DNA from: an uncultured Actinomycetes bacterium | GTDB taxonomy: Bacteria > Actinomycetota > Thermoleophilia > UBA2241 | Assembly: GCA_963709345.1 (NCBI GenBank) | Contig: CAVPVX010000002.1 | Span: 96,001-160,000 of the forward strand | DNA: 64,000 nt | Reading direction: 5' to 3' | Notes under the pieces: model-generated | Databases searched by the model: none | What the model was told of the DNA's origin: nothing | The model's input: only the letters and a program-made list of their open reading frames with translations | Translations under genes and position numbers: made by a program | In this document: piece after piece, positions 10,402-19,880 of the stretch | Layout: each line of letters starts with the position of its first letter | Position numbering within the stretch: position 1 is the stretch's first letter

Positions 10402-11353
10402 CGCACAGGTCCAGAAGCGTGCGCACCGTCGCCTCGATCTCCGCGTCGGGCGTCGAGGCGCCTGCGGTGACTCCGATCCGCCGTGCGCCCCGCAGCCACT
10501 CCGCGCGCAGTTCCGCCGCCGATTCGATGTGGTGCGTCTGTGGCTCAATCGCCCGGCAGAGCTGCGCCAGGCGCGCTGTGTTGGCGCTGTTCCGCCCGCC
10601 GACGACGAGCACGACGTCCACCTCCCCGGCGAGCTCGCACGCGGCGGTCTGTCTCTTCTCGGTGGCGTCGCAGACCGTGTTGAAGACGAGCAGCTCTCGG
10701 GCGACCGGCGCCAGCGCCGCGGCCACGCCCGAGAGGTTGGCGCGCGTCTGCGTCGTCTGCACGACCACGCCCACGCGCCGCCCGCAAAGCAGTTCCAGCG
10801 GCAGTCCGGCCGCATCCTCGACCACCACCGCTTCAGCGCCGGCGAACCCCTCGAGGCCGGCGACCTCGGGGTGGTCGCGCTCACCGAGGATCACCACCGC
10901 ATACCCGGCCTCCTGCAACCCGGCCGCCTTGCGCTGCGCAACGGCGACGAAGGGGCACGTCGCGTCGACCACGTTCAGACTGCGCGAGCACGCCCGCTTG
11001 AGCACGTCAGGCGAGACGCCGTGGGTACGCACGATGAGTGTGCCGACGCCGGCCTGCTCGGCCTCGTCGACGTCGCCGACGACGTCGACGCCCCGAGCCT
11101 GCAGACTGCCGACGACGCTGGGGTTGTGGATGATGGGGCCGAGCGTCGCCACCGGCGCGGGGGCCGCATCCACGGCCTCCCCCGTGAGTCGCAGGGCACG
11201 CTCGACGCCGTAGCAGTACCCGGCGTACCGCGCGACCACGATATCGACCCCGCCGCGGCGCGCGTGACGCAGGTCGGCGCGCCGCTCGGGCTCGTCATCG
11301 TACGGCGGGCCGCCGAAGCAGGCCCCGCCCGCCGCGTCGTCAGAGCTGCGCAT
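10394..11353 (-). CDS. ispH: 4-hydroxy-3-methylbut-2-enyl diphosphate reductase (start uncertain)
   Basis: AGYCYGVERA, IIHN, RTHGV, DATCPFV, HPEV, NTVCDATEKRQ, SANT and TAGASTP motifs. Confidence 0.93.
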   Translation of the reverse strand: MRSSDDAAGGACFGGPPYDDEPERRADLRHARRGGVDIVVARYAGYCYGVERALRLTGEAVDAAPAPVATLGPIIHNPSVVGSLQARGVDVVGDVDEAEQAGVGTLIVRTHGVSPDVLKRACSRSLNVVDATCPFVAVAQRKAAGLQEAGYAVVILGERDHPEVAGLEGFAGAEAVVVEDAAGLPLELLCGRRVGVVVQTTQTRANLSGVAAALAPVARELLVFNTVCDATEKRQTAACELAGEVDVVLVVGGRNSANTARLAQLCRAIEPQTHHIESAAELRAEWLRGARRIGVTAGASTPDAEIEATVRTLLDLCGE

Positions 11354-11981
11354 ACAGGTCCGCGACGTCGGCCTGCATCCGCCGTGCGGCCTCGTGATAC
11401 GCCTTACTGCCGCGACCGCCGATGTCGCTCAGGTCGACCGGAGGGCCGACCAGGCCACGCAGGGCCGGCAACCCGGGCCGCCCGGCCCGGATCATGCGCT
11501 GTGTCCCATCCATCGCCAGCGGCACCACCGGTGCGCCGCTACGCAGCGCGATCATGCCCACCCCGGGAAGGAAGTCGTGGACGGCGTCGTCTCTCTGGCG
11601 GTGGCCCTCGGGGAACATCAGCAGCACCTCGCCGCGGCCGAGGATCTCGAGAGACGTCCGGAGCGCCTCGCGATCGCCGGCCCCGCGGTCGATCGGAAAC
11701 GCGCCCAGGCTCACGATCAGCTTGCGGAACACCGCGTTGCCGAACAGCTCCTTCTTCGCCATGTACCGCAGGGGCCGGTCGAAGATCATGCCGGCGATGA
11801 CGGGGTCGAAGTACGCTTTGTGATTCATGATCACCATCGCGGGCCCGTCGGCCGGCAGGTTTCCGGCCCCCCGGACCCGGCAACGGTAGACACCGCCGAA
11901 GAGCGGGACGGCGAACCAGCGGCAGAACGTGTACAGGCCGCTCTCGCCGTGACCGGCGAGCGGTAGTCCCCAGGCCCTCAC
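11340..11981 (-). CDS. plsC: 1-acyl-sn-glycerol-3-phosphate acyltransferase
   Basis: NHKAYFD (HX4D), MAKKELF, FPIDRG and FPEG motifs. GTG start overlaps the cmk stop. Confidence 0.9.
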   Translation of the reverse strand: MRAWGLPLAGHGESGLYTFCRWFAVPLFGGVYRCRVRGAGNLPADGPAMVIMNHKAYFDPVIAGMIFDRPLRYMAKKELFGNAVFRKLIVSLGAFPIDRGAGDREALRTSLEILGRGEVLLMFPEGHRQRDDAVHDFLPGVGMIALRSGAPVVPLAMDGTQRMIRAGRPGLPALRGLVGPPVDLSDIGGRGSKAYHEAARRMQADVADLYAQL

Positions 11982-12640
11982 GACGGGCCCGCCCCTTCCA
12001 GGACGACCCGCACGACCACGGTCACGACCTCGTCGAGCGTCATGTCCGACGTGTCGACCTCGATCGCGTCCTCGGCGCGGCGCAGAGGCGCGACGGCGCG
12101 CTCCGTGTCCCGCCGGTCGCGCTCCATCACCGCCTCCAGGACGTCGCCGGGGTCGACCTCGTCGCCCTTGGCCCACAGCTCGTCGGCGCGGCGCCCCGCC
12201 CGGATCTCCGGGCGCGCCGTGAGAAAGATCTTGACCGCCGCGTCGGGAAACACGTTGGTGCCGATATCGCGCCCTTCCATCACGGTATCGCCGCCGGCGC
12301 CCAGCGACCGCTGGCGCTCCACCAGCAGGGCGCGCACGGCCGGCAGCGCCGAGACGCGCGACGCGGCCGTGCCCATCTCGAGCGTGCGTATCGCATCGCC
12401 GACGTCGCGGCCGCCGGCGAACAGCCGGCCGGAGGCGTCAAAGCGCAGTTCGACGGACTCGGCGACACCCAGCACGGCGGCCTCGTCGTCCAGAGGCACG
12501 CCCGCCTCGGCCGCCAGCAGGCCCACGGCTCGGTACATCGCGCCCGTGTCGAGGTACAGGTACCCGAGTTGCTCCGCGGCGCGGCGCGCCACCGTGCTCT
12601 TGCCCGAGCCCACGGGACCGTCGATGGCCACGACGGTCAT
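11978..12640 (-). CDS. cmk: Cytidylate kinase
   Basis: AIDGPVGSGKST, YLDTGAMYR and MEGRDIGT motifs. Confidence 0.96.
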   Translation of the reverse strand: MTVVAIDGPVGSGKSTVARRAAEQLGYLYLDTGAMYRAVGLLAAEAGVPLDDEAAVLGVAESVELRFDASGRLFAGGRDVGDAIRTLEMGTAASRVSALPAVRALLVERQRSLGAGGDTVMEGRDIGTNVFPDAAVKIFLTARPEIRAGRRADELWAKGDEVDPGDVLEAVMERDRRDTERAVAPLRRAEDAIEVDTSDMTLDEVVTVVVRVVLEGAGPS

Positions 12641-13749
12641 GCCACTTCCGCCCGGGTGCTGACCTCGAAGCCCAGGCTGCCGAGCACGTGAGCGGCACGC
12701 GCGCAGACGTCGCTTCCGAGGACGTAGACGGTCAGGGTGCCGCCCAGCTCGGCGCTCATGTGATGCATGGCGAGGTCTTCGACGTTGATGCCGGCGTCGC
12801 CGAGCGCCACCATGATCTCCTGGAACACCCCGGGCCGGTCGCTCACGGGGATGATGAGGCGGTACAGGTCACGCGCCGGCAGGCTGCCGGCCGCGAGCAG
12901 ACGCTCACGCTGCTCCGCGGCGCGGGCGATCGTGCCGCCGAGCTGCTCGGCGTCTCCGGCGGCCAGCGCCTCCAGCACCTCCTGAAGGCCGTCCTGGAAG
13001 GTCGCCAGAGCCGCGAGCATCGCGGCACGGTTCTCGAGGAAGATGTCGGTCCAGACACGGCGGTTGCTGCCGGCGATGCGCGTGAGGTCGCGGAAGCTGG
13101 GGCCGGCGGAGAGCAGCGCGTCGCGCGCGCCCGCGTGCTGGCCTGCCTGGCTCATCAGGATGTTGGCCAGCACGTGCGGCAGGTGACTCACCACCGCCAT
13201 GACCCGGTCGTGCTCTTCCGGGTCGACAGCCACCGGACTGGCGCCGATCTCGCCCAGAAACCCGTACAGAAGCTGGTAGGCGTCGGCGTCGACGTGCGCA
13301 CCGGGCGTGACGAAGTAGGTCGCGCCCTTGTACAGCGAAGCGCGCGCGTTGGCGACCCCTGCGGTCTCCGACCCGCAGAGGGGGTGTCCGCCGATGCAGC
13401 GCCGCTGTTCGGACGGCGTCAGCGCGCGCATGAGCGCCCCCTTCGTGCTGCCGACGTCGGTGACGACCGCGTCCCGCGGCGCAGCCGCGAACGCGGCTTT
13501 GACGTGTCCCACCACGAGCCGGACCGGCGTGCAGACGAAGACCAGGTCGGCGCCGGCCACAGCCTCTTCGAGAGTACCGCAGGCGTGCGTCACAGCGCCG
13601 CGCTCGAGCGCCAGATCGAGCGTCTCCCGCGTCTGGGTGAACCCGCGGACCTCGCCGACGCCGGCACGCTCGCGCGCGGCAAGGCCCAGCGAGCCTCCCA
13701 TGAGGCCGACGCCGACGAGCGCGACGGTATCGACGCGCCTGTCGTTCAC
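12637..13749 (-). CDS. tyrA: Prephenate dehydrogenase with C-terminal ACT domain
   Basis: GVGLMGGS, DVGSTK, GGHPLCGSE, HDRVMAVVSHLPH, GPSFRDLTRIA and ACT motif DRPG. Confidence 0.92.
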   Translation of the reverse strand: MNDRRVDTVALVGVGLMGGSLGLAARERAGVGEVRGFTQTRETLDLALERGAVTHACGTLEEAVAGADLVFVCTPVRLVVGHVKAAFAAAPRDAVVTDVGSTKGALMRALTPSEQRRCIGGHPLCGSETAGVANARASLYKGATYFVTPGAHVDADAYQLLYGFLGEIGASPVAVDPEEHDRVMAVVSHLPHVLANILMSQAGQHAGARDALLSAGPSFRDLTRIAGSNRRVWTDIFLENRAAMLAALATFQDGLQEVLEALAAGDAEQLGGTIARAAEQRERLLAAGSLPARDLYRLIIPVSDRPGVFQEIMVALGDAGINVEDLAMHHMSAELGGTLTVYVLGSDVCARAAHVLGSLGFEVSTRAEVA

Positions 13750-13753
13750 GGCG

Positions 13754-14770
13754 TCAGACGACCCTCTTGCCGGTCCAGCGCGCAAGATCGAGGACACGGC
13801 CGGCGTACTCGCCGAATACGGCCGTCGGCAGCGACTGGGGCCCGTCGCACAGGGCGTGCTCCGGATTGGGGTGCGTCTCCACCAAGACCCCGTCGGCACC
13901 GGCGGCGACGCCGGCCAGCGAGAGCGGGAGCACCAGATCGAGGCGCCCGGCCGAGTGACTCGGGTCGACCACGATCGGCAGGTGGCTGGCGAGTTTGACG
14001 ATCGGGACCGCGCTGACGTCGAACGTGTTGCGCGTCGCCGTCTCGAAGGTCCGGATACCGCGCTCGCAGAGGATCACGTCGCGGTTGCCCTCCTTCACCA
14101 CGTACTCCGCCGCCATGAGGAGCTCTTCGATCGTGGTGGAAGGACCGCGTTTGAGCAGCACCGGCTTGCCGGTCTTGCCGAGCTCGGCGAGAAGCAGGAA
14201 GTTCTGCGTGTTGCGGGCGCCGACCTGCAGCACGTCGGCGTAGTTGCACACGACGTCCAGGTCGCGCGGGTCCATCACCTCGGTGACCACCGGCAGACCG
14301 GTGTCGTCGCGCGCGGCGGCCAGCATGGCCAGACCCTCTTCGCCGAGACCCTGGAAGGCATACGGCGAGGTGCGCGGCTTGAAGGCGCCGCCGCGCATCA
14401 TGTGGCCGCCGGCTTCCTTGACGGCGCGCGCTGCCTCGAGGACCTGCTCCGGTGTCTCGACCGAGCAGGGTCCGGCGATGAGCGCGAAGTGGCCGCCGCC
14501 GATCTTCACGCCGTTCACGTCGATGACGGTGTCTCGCTGCTGGAACTCGCGGCTGACGAGCTTGTACGGCCGCAGGATCGCCACCACGCGATCGACCCCC
14601 GGCATGGCCTCGAGAGGCAGCTGCGTCACGGCCTCGCGGTCGCCGATGACACCGACGACGGTGACGCGCTCGCCCGACGAGATGTGGGCGCTCGCGCCCG
14701 CTTCCTCGACGCGCGCGATCACGTTGGCGACCTCCTCTTCGGTCGCCGCCTCGTGCATGATGACCATCAT
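13754..14770 (-). CDS. aroF: DAHP synthase, type I-beta, with N-terminal regulatory domain
   Basis: IAGPCSVE, GGAFKPRTSPYAFQG, LCERGIRTF and DPSHS motifs. Confidence 0.95.
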   Translation of the reverse strand: MMVIMHEAATEEEVANVIARVEEAGASAHISSGERVTVVGVIGDREAVTQLPLEAMPGVDRVVAILRPYKLVSREFQQRDTVIDVNGVKIGGGHFALIAGPCSVETPEQVLEAARAVKEAGGHMMRGGAFKPRTSPYAFQGLGEEGLAMLAAARDDTGLPVVTEVMDPRDLDVVCNYADVLQVGARNTQNFLLLAELGKTGKPVLLKRGPSTTIEELLMAAEYVVKEGNRDVILCERGIRTFETATRNTFDVSAVPIVKLASHLPIVVDPSHSAGRLDLVLPLSLAGVAAGADGVLVETHPNPEHALCDGPQSLPTAVFGEYAGRVLDLARWTGKRVV

Positions 14771-14772
14771 GC

Positions 14773-15903
14773 TCAGCTCGGCCTCCCTTCATCGACTTCC
14801 CGCCCGCCCGCCTCGAGAGAGGCCAGCTTGCGCAGGAAGAACTCGATCTCGTCTTCTGTACCCACGCTGACGCGGGCCCACCCGGGACACCCGAGCGCAT
14901 TCCCGTCGCGCACGATCGCGCCCATCTCGAGGAGCGCCCCGCAGACCTTGTCGTGCGGATGCTGCAGGTCTCGCGTATCGACGAGCATGAAGTTCGCCTG
15001 GCTCGGCACGCTCCCGCGCCCGCGCTCTCGCAGGCGCGCCGCAAGATGCCCGCGGAGCCGCGCGTTCTCGTCGCGCCTCATCGCCACCTGAGCGCTCAGA
15101 GGCAGCGCGGCTAGCGCGGCGACCTGCGCCACACGGCTGACGTTGAAGGGCTGCCGCATCTTGTCGATCGCCCCCGTGATCTCGGGGTCGCACAGACCAT
15201 AGCCGACGCGCAGACCGCACAGACCGTAGATCTTCGAGAAGGTGCGCAGGACGACGACGTTGTCGTGCGCCTTCTGGATGGCCAGCGCGCCCTGGCTGTC
15301 GTCGGCGGTGACGAACTCATTGTACGCCTCGTCGATGATGATCAGCACGTCCTCCGGCACCGACTCGACGAGCTTCTCGACGGCGGCGGCGGGAACGTAC
15401 GTGCCACTGGGGTTGTTCGGATTGCAGACGATCACGAGCCTCGTGCGAGGCGTGAGCGCGGCCGCCATGGCCTCGAGGTCGTGGGCGAAGTCGACGAGCG
15501 GCACCGCCACCGGCACGGCCTCGTGCCGCAGGCAGATGTCGTTGTACACGACGAACGAAGGGTCGGCGAACACCACCTCGTCGCCCTTCACGAGCACGGC
15601 GTCGCCCAGCAGCATGAGCAGTTCGCACGAGCCGGCGCCGACGATCACGTTCTCCGGGGTGCGCGCGTAGCGCTCCGCCAGAGCGGCGCGCAGGTCGGTG
15701 CTGAAGCCGTCCGGGTAGCGATTCAGGTCGTCGAGCGCGTCGACGACGGCCTGCTTGACCTCGGGAAACGGGGGCAGAGGGTACTCGTTCGAGGCGAGCT
15801 TCACGACCTCGCTGAGCCCGAAGCGCCGCATGACGAGCTCGAGCGGCAGGCCGGGCTGATACGCCGTCATCCGCTCAAGAGCCGGGATCAGTCGTACGCC
15901 CAT
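14773..15903 (-). CDS. hisC: Histidinol-phosphate/aromatic aminotransferase
   Basis: KLASNE, NRYPD, CNPNNPSG, DEAY and RTFSKIYGLCGLRVGY motifs. Confidence 0.92.
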   Translation of the reverse strand: MGVRLIPALERMTAYQPGLPLELVMRRFGLSEVVKLASNEYPLPPFPEVKQAVVDALDDLNRYPDGFSTDLRAALAERYARTPENVIVGAGSCELLMLLGDAVLVKGDEVVFADPSFVVYNDICLRHEAVPVAVPLVDFAHDLEAMAAALTPRTRLVIVCNPNNPSGTYVPAAAVEKLVESVPEDVLIIIDEAYNEFVTADDSQGALAIQKAHDNVVVLRTFSKIYGLCGLRVGYGLCDPEITGAIDKMRQPFNVSRVAQVAALAALPLSAQVAMRRDENARLRGHLAARLRERGRGSVPSQANFMLVDTRDLQHPHDKVCGALLEMGAIVRDGNALGCPGWARVSVGTEDEIEFFLRKLASLEAGGREVDEGRPS

Positions 15904-15907
15904 GCGC

Positions 15908-16282
15908 TCACTCCGGCAGGTCGAGGCGCAGCTGTCGCGCGCCGTGCAGGTAGACGTGGTGGACGGCCCGGTCCCGAGGCACGTACACGTGCATGAGCAC
16001 CCGGATGCAGCGCTCGATCGCGCCGTCGACCACGATCTCCTGGCAGCAGAGCAGAGGAGTCTCCGAGAGGCCGACGCCCCGCGCCGCCGCGGCGGGGAAG
16101 CCGGCGCGAAGGTCCGGCGTGGCGCTGAAGATCGCACTGACGACCTCGTCGACCGCGAGCCCGTTGCGCTCCAGGATCGCCGTGACGAGCTCACCGGTGC
16201 GATAGCCGATGGCATCGCTCGTGTCACGGACGACGGTCGTCGCGCCGCGGATCGCGCGGAGTCGCTCCGAGGATTCGGTCAT
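15908..16282 (-). CDS. aroH: AroH-type chorismate mutase
   Basis: RAIRGATT, FPAAAAR, CIRVLMH and VYLHGARQLRLDL motifs. Confidence 0.93.
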   Translation of the reverse strand: MTESSERLRAIRGATTVVRDTSDAIGYRTGELVTAILERNGLAVDEVVSAIFSATPDLRAGFPAAAARGVGLSETPLLCCQEIVVDGAIERCIRVLMHVYVPRDRAVHHVYLHGARQLRLDLPE

Positions 16283-16312
16283 GTGGGAAGAGGGCGCATA
16301 GGGAACGAAAGA

Positions 16313-17137
16313 CTATACACCCGCAAGACCTTCGTCCGCGGCTTCGACGGGCGCGGCTTCGGCAGCCAGCGGCACCGGTGGCCCCTCCACCTCCTGCGAG
16401 ACCTCGCCGTCGACCGACTCACCGGCGCGGCGCAACGACTCGACCTCCTCGGCCGACAGCTGACGGTGTCCACCGGGCTCGAGGCCCTTGTCGGTCAGCG
16501 TGCCGTACCGGCGGCGGCTCAACTCCTCGACCGGCAGGCCCACAGCCGCGAACATGCGCCTGACCTGGCGCTTGCGACCCTCGTGGATGGTGAGCTCTAC
16601 CAGCGCCGTCTTCGCGCTCTGCTTCCTGAGCTTGGCGTCCGCGGGTGCGGTCGGCCCGTCTTCCAGGTCGACTCCCTGGCGGAGCGTGCCCAGTGCCCGG
16701 CGGCTGACCTTGCCACGCACCCGCGCGACGTAGGTCTTGGGGACGCCGTAGCGTGGGTGCATGAGCTGGTTCGCCAGCACGCCGTCGTTCGTCAGAATGA
16801 TGAGGCCGGTCGTATCGACGTCGAGGCGCCCGACTGGGAACAGCGCCCGGCCGCCGGGGACCATGTCGACGATGACCTTCTCGGCGTGGGGGTCGCTGCG
16901 CGTGCTGGCCACGCCGCGCGGCTTGTTGACGAGGACGTAGCGCAGCTCACGAGCCTCGACCGGCTCGCCGCGCACGGCGACGACGTCGTCAGCGCCGACC
17001 TTCTGGCGCGGGAAGGTGACCACTTCGTCGTTCACGGTCACGACTCCCTCGCGGATCAGCTCATCGCACGAGCGCCGGGAGCCGACTCCCGAGCGAGCGA
17101 GGAACACGACCAGATTCATTGGCTGGGCGGGGCTCAT
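16313..17137 (-). CDS. rluB: 23S rRNA pseudouridine synthase (RluB/RsuA family)
   Basis: S4 domain plus NKPRG, PVGRLDVDTTGL and EGRKRQVRRM motifs. Confidence 0.9.
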   Translation of the reverse strand: MSPAQPMNLVVFLARSGVGSRRSCDELIREGVVTVNDEVVTFPRQKVGADDVVAVRGEPVEARELRYVLVNKPRGVASTRSDPHAEKVIVDMVPGGRALFPVGRLDVDTTGLIILTNDGVLANQLMHPRYGVPKTYVARVRGKVSRRALGTLRQGVDLEDGPTAPADAKLRKQSAKTALVELTIHEGRKRQVRRMFAAVGLPVEELSRRRYGTLTDKGLEPGGHRQLSAEEVESLRRAGESVDGEVSQEVEGPPVPLAAEAAPVEAADEGLAGV

Positions 17138-17709
17138 AGCCCTCTCCTCTCAGCGTTGGCGTGGAGGCGTGAGCGGATCTCCTCTACCTCGTCCGCGCGC
17201 AGGGCGAACTCTTCGAGCGGCGGCAGCTCCGCACGGCCGGACAAACCGAAGAGCTTCAGGAAGCGTTCTCCCGTGCCGTACAGGATCGGCGCTCCCGGGG
17301 TGCCGGCCCGGCCCTGCTGCTCGACCAGGCCGCGCTCTTCCAGCGACCCGAGCGCCCACTCCGACGAGACGCCCCGTACCTCGGCGATCTCTGCCCGCGT
17401 GAGCGGCTCGAGATAGGCGACCACGGCGAGCGTCTCGAGCAGCGCGGGGCTCAGATCCTCCGGTCGCTCAGCGCCGGTGAGGCGCCGTACGTCTTCCGCG
17501 CACTCCTCGGTGACCGCGAACGTCACGCCACCGGCAATGTCCCGCACAAGAAGCCCGTGGCGACCTGCGGCGTACTCCTCGCGCAGCTCCGCGAGGGCCT
17601 CCGCGACGTCGTCCTCTGAACGCTCGCAGGCCGCGGCCAGACGAGCGACCGAAAGAGGACGCGATGATATGAAGAGGAGCGCCTCGAGGCGCGTGGTGAG
17701 CGATCGCAT
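17134..17709 (-). CDS. scpB: SMC-Scp complex subunit ScpB
   Basis: LEALLF, LSPALLETLAVVAY.EPLTRAEI.EVRGV and YGTGERFL.LFGL motifs. Confidence 0.94.
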   Translation of the reverse strand: MRSLTTRLEALLFISSRPLSVARLAAACERSEDDVAEALAELREEYAAGRHGLLVRDIAGGVTFAVTEECAEDVRRLTGAERPEDLSPALLETLAVVAYLEPLTRAEIAEVRGVSSEWALGSLEERGLVEQQGRAGTPGAPILYGTGERFLKLFGLSGRAELPPLEEFALRADEVEEIRSRLHANAERRGL

Positions 17710-17767
17710 GCTGGCCTGTGTCGAGTGCCGGGACGCGGTCGATGCTACCGCACACCGCCGTCCGGCG

Positions 17768-18586
17768 TCACCCGGTGGCGACGGCGGCCCTGCTGACGAA
17801 GATATCGCCGAAGTGCCGCGTCTGCCGGAGGCGAGCCTCGCCGGCGGAATGCAGTTCCAGCAGAGCGAAGAAGGTGACGGCTCGCTCGAGCCTGTCCGCA
17901 GGCGCCACCTCGGCGAACGTGAACTCGCCCTCGTCGCAGAGGATCAGCCGCAGCCGGCGAAGCTCCTTCACGAGCGAGACGGCGAGATCGGCCAGGTGGC
18001 TCGTATCCGGCACGGGCGGCTCGCGCAGGAGCGGCGCCAGCGCGTCGCCCAGCGCCTGCGCCGGCAGCGCGCCTTCTGCGGCCGGCCGGCGCAGGAGCTC
18101 AGCCGGCACCGGCACACCCCGATACAGCCTGCCGCTGTGCTCGTCCCAGCGAGCGCGCAGGCCTACGGCCGCGGCGCGGAACTGGCTATAGCGCACGAGA
18201 CGCTCGAGGAGCTGCCGCGCGGCCTCGTCCGGGTCGAGATCATCGAACTGCTCCTCGACGTCCTCTTCCAGAAGGAGCCGCGACTTCATCTCGAGCAGGG
18301 CGGCGACGAGCACGACGAACTGCGAGGTGGCGTCGAGATCGAACTCGCCGCTGTCGGCAAGCCGCAGCACGTACTCGGCGATGATGCGCGAGACGCGCAC
18401 CTCCCAGATGTCGATCTCGTCACGCAGGATAAGCGTGACCAGCAGATCGAACGGACCGTCGAAGACGTCGAGGTCGAGGTCGAATGAGCGGCGATCCTGC
18501 GGCGCCCCGCTCGCCGGTTCGCCTGCGGCGGCCAGTCCGACAGGCGGTGTGGCGACGGCGCTCGCTTCAGCGCGCATCGCCGTCAC
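17768..18586 (-). CDS. scpA: Segregation and condensation protein ScpA (kleisin)
   Basis: FDGPFDLLVTLI, AALLEMKSRLLL, TFFALLEL and Q.RHFGDI motifs. Confidence 0.93.
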   Translation of the reverse strand: MTAMRAEASAVATPPVGLAAAGEPASGAPQDRRSFDLDLDVFDGPFDLLVTLILRDEIDIWEVRVSRIIAEYVLRLADSGEFDLDATSQFVVLVAALLEMKSRLLLEEDVEEQFDDLDPDEAARQLLERLVRYSQFRAAAVGLRARWDEHSGRLYRGVPVPAELLRRPAAEGALPAQALGDALAPLLREPPVPDTSHLADLAVSLVKELRRLRLILCDEGEFTFAEVAPADRLERAVTFFALLELHSAGEARLRQTRHFGDIFVSRAAVATG

Positions 18587-18686
18587 CTCCTCGCTCGCTC
18601 ATGCCGGCGTCAGCCCGTCTCGCCACGCGAGCACGACGTCCGCGAGTCGCCGCCCGCCACTGCGTCCGCGTCGTGCACAGCGCGTA

Positions 18687-19880
18687 TCATTTCTCGGGCT
18701 GATTCACAAAGGACGGGATGTCGAAGGCTCCGCTCTCGAAGTCCGGCGCGGGACCGAAGGGTGTGCCCCGGTCTTCCGCGGGCTCCCGCGGCGCGGCCCG
18801 CCCTGCGGGGGGATCAGCGGACGGCGGCGCCGTGCGCGCCGCCTCCTCTCCGAAACCGGTGGCCACGACGGTGATCGAGATCTTGCCCTCGAGACGCTCG
18901 TCCACGACGGCGCCGAAGATGATGTTGGCGTCGTCGTCGGCGGCCTCGCTGATGACTCCTGCCGCCTCGTTCACCTCGTAAAGCGTCAGATCCTCGCCGC
19001 CGGTGATGTTGAGCAGCAGCCCCCGCGCGCCGTCGATGCTCGTCTCGAGCAGCGGCGAGTTGATCGCCATGTCGGCGGCGGCCTGGGCGCGGTTCTCGCC
19101 GCCGGCGACGCCGATGCCGAGAAGCGCCGTCCCGGCGTCGTGGACGATGGTCCGAACGTCCGCGAAGTCGAGGTTGATGAGGCCGGGCACGGTGATGAGA
19201 TCCGTGATCCCCTGCACGCCCTGGCGCAGGATGTCGTCGGCGTGCTGGAACGCCTCCACGACGCTCGTGTTGCGCTCGACCACCTCGAGCAGCCGGTCGT
19301 TGGGGATCGCGATCACTGTGTCCGCGGCCGCGCGAAGCGCCAAGATGCCCTCGGCGGCCTGTCGCTGGCGGCGGTTGCCCTCGAAGCCGAAGGGCCGGGT
19401 GACGATGGCAATGGTGACCGCACCGAGCTCGCCCGCGACCTGCGCCACGACCGGCGACCCTCCGGTGCCGGTCCCCCCACCTTCGCCGGCGGTGACGAAG
19501 ACCAGGTCGGCGCCGCGCAGCGCCGTCTTCAGCTGGTCGCGGCTGATCTCCATGGCCTCGCGCCCGACCTCCGGGTCGGCGCCCCCGCCGAGGCCGTGAG
19601 TGAGCTCCTGGCCGATGTGGATCTTGACATCGGCGTCACACACGTCGAGCTGCTGAACGTCGGTGTTGACGGCGATGAACTCGACGCCCTTCACGCCCGA
19701 GTCGACCATGCGGTTGATGGCGTTCGTGCCGGCCCCGCCGATGCCCACGACCTTGATGCTGGTGACGTACGGGCGACCCTTGACCGGCGCGTCGGTCCCC
19801 GCGTCGGGAACAGTACCGCCGCTGTCCGTGCGCCGGAAGAGCTCGCTCAGTCCATCCTTCATGCTAGGACGATCTGCCAT
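18687..19880 (-). CDS. ftsZ: Cell division protein FtsZ with a ~38-aa N-terminal extension
   Basis: [24 protein letters not shown] tubulin signature, T7 loop NLDFADV and C-terminal conserved peptide FDIPSF. ATG 19880 follows a GGAGG SD. Confidence 0.97.
   Translation of the reverse strand: MADRPSMKDGLSELFRRTDSGGTVPDAGTDAPVKGRPYVTSIKVVGIGGAGTNAINRMVDSGVKGVEFIAVNTDVQQLDVCDADVKIHIGQELTHGLGGGADPEVGREAMEISRDQLKTALRGADLVFVTAGEGGGTGTGGSPVVAQVAGELGAVTIAIVTRPFGFEGNRRQRQAAEGILALRAAADTVIAIPNDRLLEVVERNTSVVEAFQHADDILRQGVQGITDLITVPGLINLDFADVRTIVHDAGTALLGIGVAGGENRAQAAADMAINSPLLETSIDGARGLLLNITGGEDLTLYEVNEAAGVISEAADDDANIIFGAVVDERLEGKISITVVATGFGEEAARTAPPSADPPAGRAAPREPAEDRGTPFGPAPDFESGAFDIPSFVNQPEK

Noticed and set aside
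18631-18676. GCACGACG...CGTCGTGC hairpin after ftsZ as a terminator
   Set aside because: An 8-bp stem with a long irregular interior and no U-tract; too weak to call in DNA this GC-rich.
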